A stretch of 61,509 bases of DNA, counting the filler, from Choristocarpus tenellus KU-1152 (taxonomy: Eukaryota; Protista; Phaeophyceae), in assembly GCA_964200185.2 (NCBI GenBank). It is 14 parts of 14 records of this genome, joined end to end, with 100 filler letters (N's around TTAATTAATTAA, not from the genome) between each part and the next. Parts side by side here need not be neighbours in the genome. Positions count along the whole stretch, not along the records: positions 50,240 to 61,509 come from CAXNAD020002414.1; 13 more parts are not named here. One strand, given 5' to 3'. Below the pieces are notes generated by a model. It did no database searches, had not been told where the DNA came from, and saw nothing but the letters and a program-made list of their open reading frames with translations. Within the stretch, counting starts at the first letter, position 1. Each line of letters begins with the position of its first letter. The translations under genes were made by a program, and so were the position numbers. Below are positions 58,922-61,509 of the stretch, in pieces.

Positions 58922-61509
58922 CTGAAGAAAATGAGAAGAAAAAAAAAAACGATCGGCACAAAAATATATTCGGTGCACTTTGAGGCAATGCCAAAAAGAG
59001 GCACATAAACCGTACTATACATTGACCTATTTCCTGGCAGCAGCAAAGGGATGAAAGTCTATGCCTATGTCTATATCTATGTCTATGTCTATGTCTATGC
59101 GAAGGCGTGTACGTGTACGTGTACGTGTGGAGTCTCAACCTTTGTCTCACGGCAGGAAGTGGTGAGCGTGTGTATGTGGGATGACATGCATTTCTAATCA
59201 GTAACCTGAGAGGTGCGCCACCCACCAGAAGTGCAAATTGCAGGCTTCTCTATCATGTACCTGGAACAGAGGTTTTGCTTGTTGCTCTACAGCTGGAGAC
59301 AATATACATTCGGTGGAACAAGGACAGCCTCAAGGAGGAGGTGCACTTGGCGATGTCAACGGAGTGGACTGTGAGAACCGACATTGAGTGAGGCATTGGC
59401 TTGTGCCGCAACTGACACATGAAACGCCATTAAGCTACCGACCACCCCATCGGAGAGGATTTTTTTTAATTTAATGTATCAATACACAAAATATTTTTTG
59501 AGAGGCAAATTTTGCACTCTCAACTGGCGAATGAGAGAACTAGAACGCTTACATTAAGATTATTATATCTTGTTGGGCACAAGGATATACAGCAAAAGGA
59601 AAGGATCCTGTGATATACACCACTTGCTCTAGTGGAATATAGGGGGCACTACTCTAATCACCAGGGTCAACCAGTTGATCTAACTTGCCACACACTACTA
59701 TTGTAGAGGAGTCAGAAGGAAAGACCTGTGTATTACGGGGTGGGGAGTTTGTACTATGTGTCCATGCCTGTCCTTGTGGCTACAGGTATTGAAGAGGAAC
59801 AAAGCACAAAATGTGTCACAATGCTCCTACAAGAAGTTCATAAATGACGTGCATCAACATATTCTTAACAAGTAGAACACACCAGTGCTGTCAAGTCAAG
59901 TCAGAACGTTTTTTGAGAATAAATCTGCCTAAAAAAAAAAAGAGACACTCAATTGGAACCCAAAAGTGTGCACATCGAAAGAAGCAAGACAGGAGGAAGA
60001 GCACAAAACTTATTACCAGAGCACGCACCATGCAAACACTGCATGCAACAAAGTAGCTAACAGAAACCAATAGAAAAGAAAATGTTTGGCTTTGATGTGA
60101 AGTATCCATATATATTTTTTAATTCTTACTATTAGTACTACTAATATAATTATTCCATGTTGTGTATCCACATCCTTTATAATTAAACATTAGAAACGGC
60201 AGTAGAAACTCAACAGGGTTTTGTTCCTGTGACTTGTAGGTATGGGGAAGGAAATGTTAGGAATTGGAAGGACATATCAAAGTGGTTAAGTTTGCGTGGG
60301 AATGGAGACCTGTGATTGGAGAAGTCAATGCCGACAATTTGGTCCAAAAAAGAAGCCTCCTTTGTTTACCTCTTCACCCCATCTTAGTGAGATAGGGTAG
60401 GGTGTATGAGAAGGTTCATACTGTATCCGTTTTGAGGACAAACTGGAGGCAAAAGTAACAAGGTTAGATCACTAAGAAAAAATCCCAAGATTAGATAACC
60501 CAAAGGTTCACCTCCATAGAAACAATGTACACAGAAACTGGTGCCATGGAGAGGGAGTGTTCTCCTCCACCACCAACTTTGCCTCAGGAGGAAATCTCAC
60601 CAGCCTAGCATCAGTTTCGTCCTCCTCTACAGGATCGTTAAATGTTCATTTCGAAGTATCATTTATCCAGGCCCTCAACCAGCTTACCATCTCCCCTTGA
60701 CAGCTCCGGGAGACTATTCATACTATGTTTCAAATGTCTCGCCGAACCAACCAGTATCCGCACTCCCTTTCTCCATGCCACCAACTTCTGCATCAACCAT
60801 TTCTACGGAGATCTATGGAGTTAATTAAACTCTTGAGCCATCTGTAACTCTCATATTCTTGGCAAACTAACCTAGGTCCTTCAGCCTCCACTTGTGCCCT
60901 CACTCAAAACAACGTATGCCCTTAGACACGGATGGACCTACCTGCCCGTACATCCTACCCCATCAAAATGAGCAAAGAAGCACCGAAGAGGTTTCTTTTT
61001 GGGATCAAACTGTGGACAGCGACTTCACCAAATTGACTTCACCAATGCCAGTCTCCCCCCCGCTCCAGCAACAATACAAGCCGTTTCGATTTTTTTCCTT
61101 CCAATTTCCTCACAACTTTGTCACAACTACTCTGTCCTTGTGTTCACAACACCAAAAAAAAAGAACCAGGTTGTCAAGACACGGCCTGACATAACACAAT
61201 CAAGAGGATACTCATAAATATTGAACGCAAGCCTTAAAAAAGAAAAAAGAAAAAAGAAAGAGATGGAACGACATGACCCCCCCGTGACACACGTATATGC
61301 CACACACACACATAAAGTGTGCTGTAATACCCCTTCAATCCCTTCAGGACCGTTGATGGTATTGGATACATTTTAGTATCTATTCCTGAATACAGAGACC
61401 CCCAACCGACCAGCAACCTCAAGTGCAATCTGAGCATTCCGTCCACACCCCGGTCACCAATCCCCTCTCTGGAAAAACTGCTAACCCATGGAGGGGGGGT
61501 TGCTCAATA

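Noticed and set aside
1-61509. Fanzor/TnpB, cas or other RNA-guided nuclease genes
   Set aside because: No RuvC-type or zinc-ribbon motif set was seen in the provided ORFs or the exons I reconstructed; a profile-HMM search of all six frames would be needed to exclude decayed copies.

Overview
Eukaryotic nuclear DNA, not a prokaryotic locus. The long GT-AG introns, TTAGGG motifs, a plastid-type CIA30/Rossmann gene and a dynein-like gene suggest a photosynthetic stramenopile such as a brown alga (inference). The window is 14 separate contigs joined by an artificial 100-bp linker (N44-TTAATTAATTAA-N44), so adjacency across linkers is not biological. Almost all ORFs in the six-frame track are spurious; the real genes are short spliced exons, reconstructed here by hand. 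They are: (i) a complete 8-exon secreted alpha-carbonic anhydrase (11330-14075, minus) with all catalytic residues but one in-frame TAA; (ii) the six 3' exons of a CIA30-domain NAD(P)-binding protein (50263-58921, minus); (iii) the last exon of a phosducin-like PhLP2/PDCL3 gene; (iv) probable dynein heavy chain exons; (v) several orphan exons. The rest is transposon-rich: two Ty1/copia remnants, a solo LTR with a 5-bp TSD, mariner (DD39D-type), pogo, piggyBac-like and LINE remnants, and about 20 MITE copies from several families, most sharing G-rich-start/C-rich-end termini. I found no clearly novel multi-gene system. The best leads are the nonsense-interrupted carbonic anhydrase, the MITE clan with variable TSD length plus an orphan transposon-like ORF, and a core-plus-variable-spacer tandem array at 29.3-29.8 kb.
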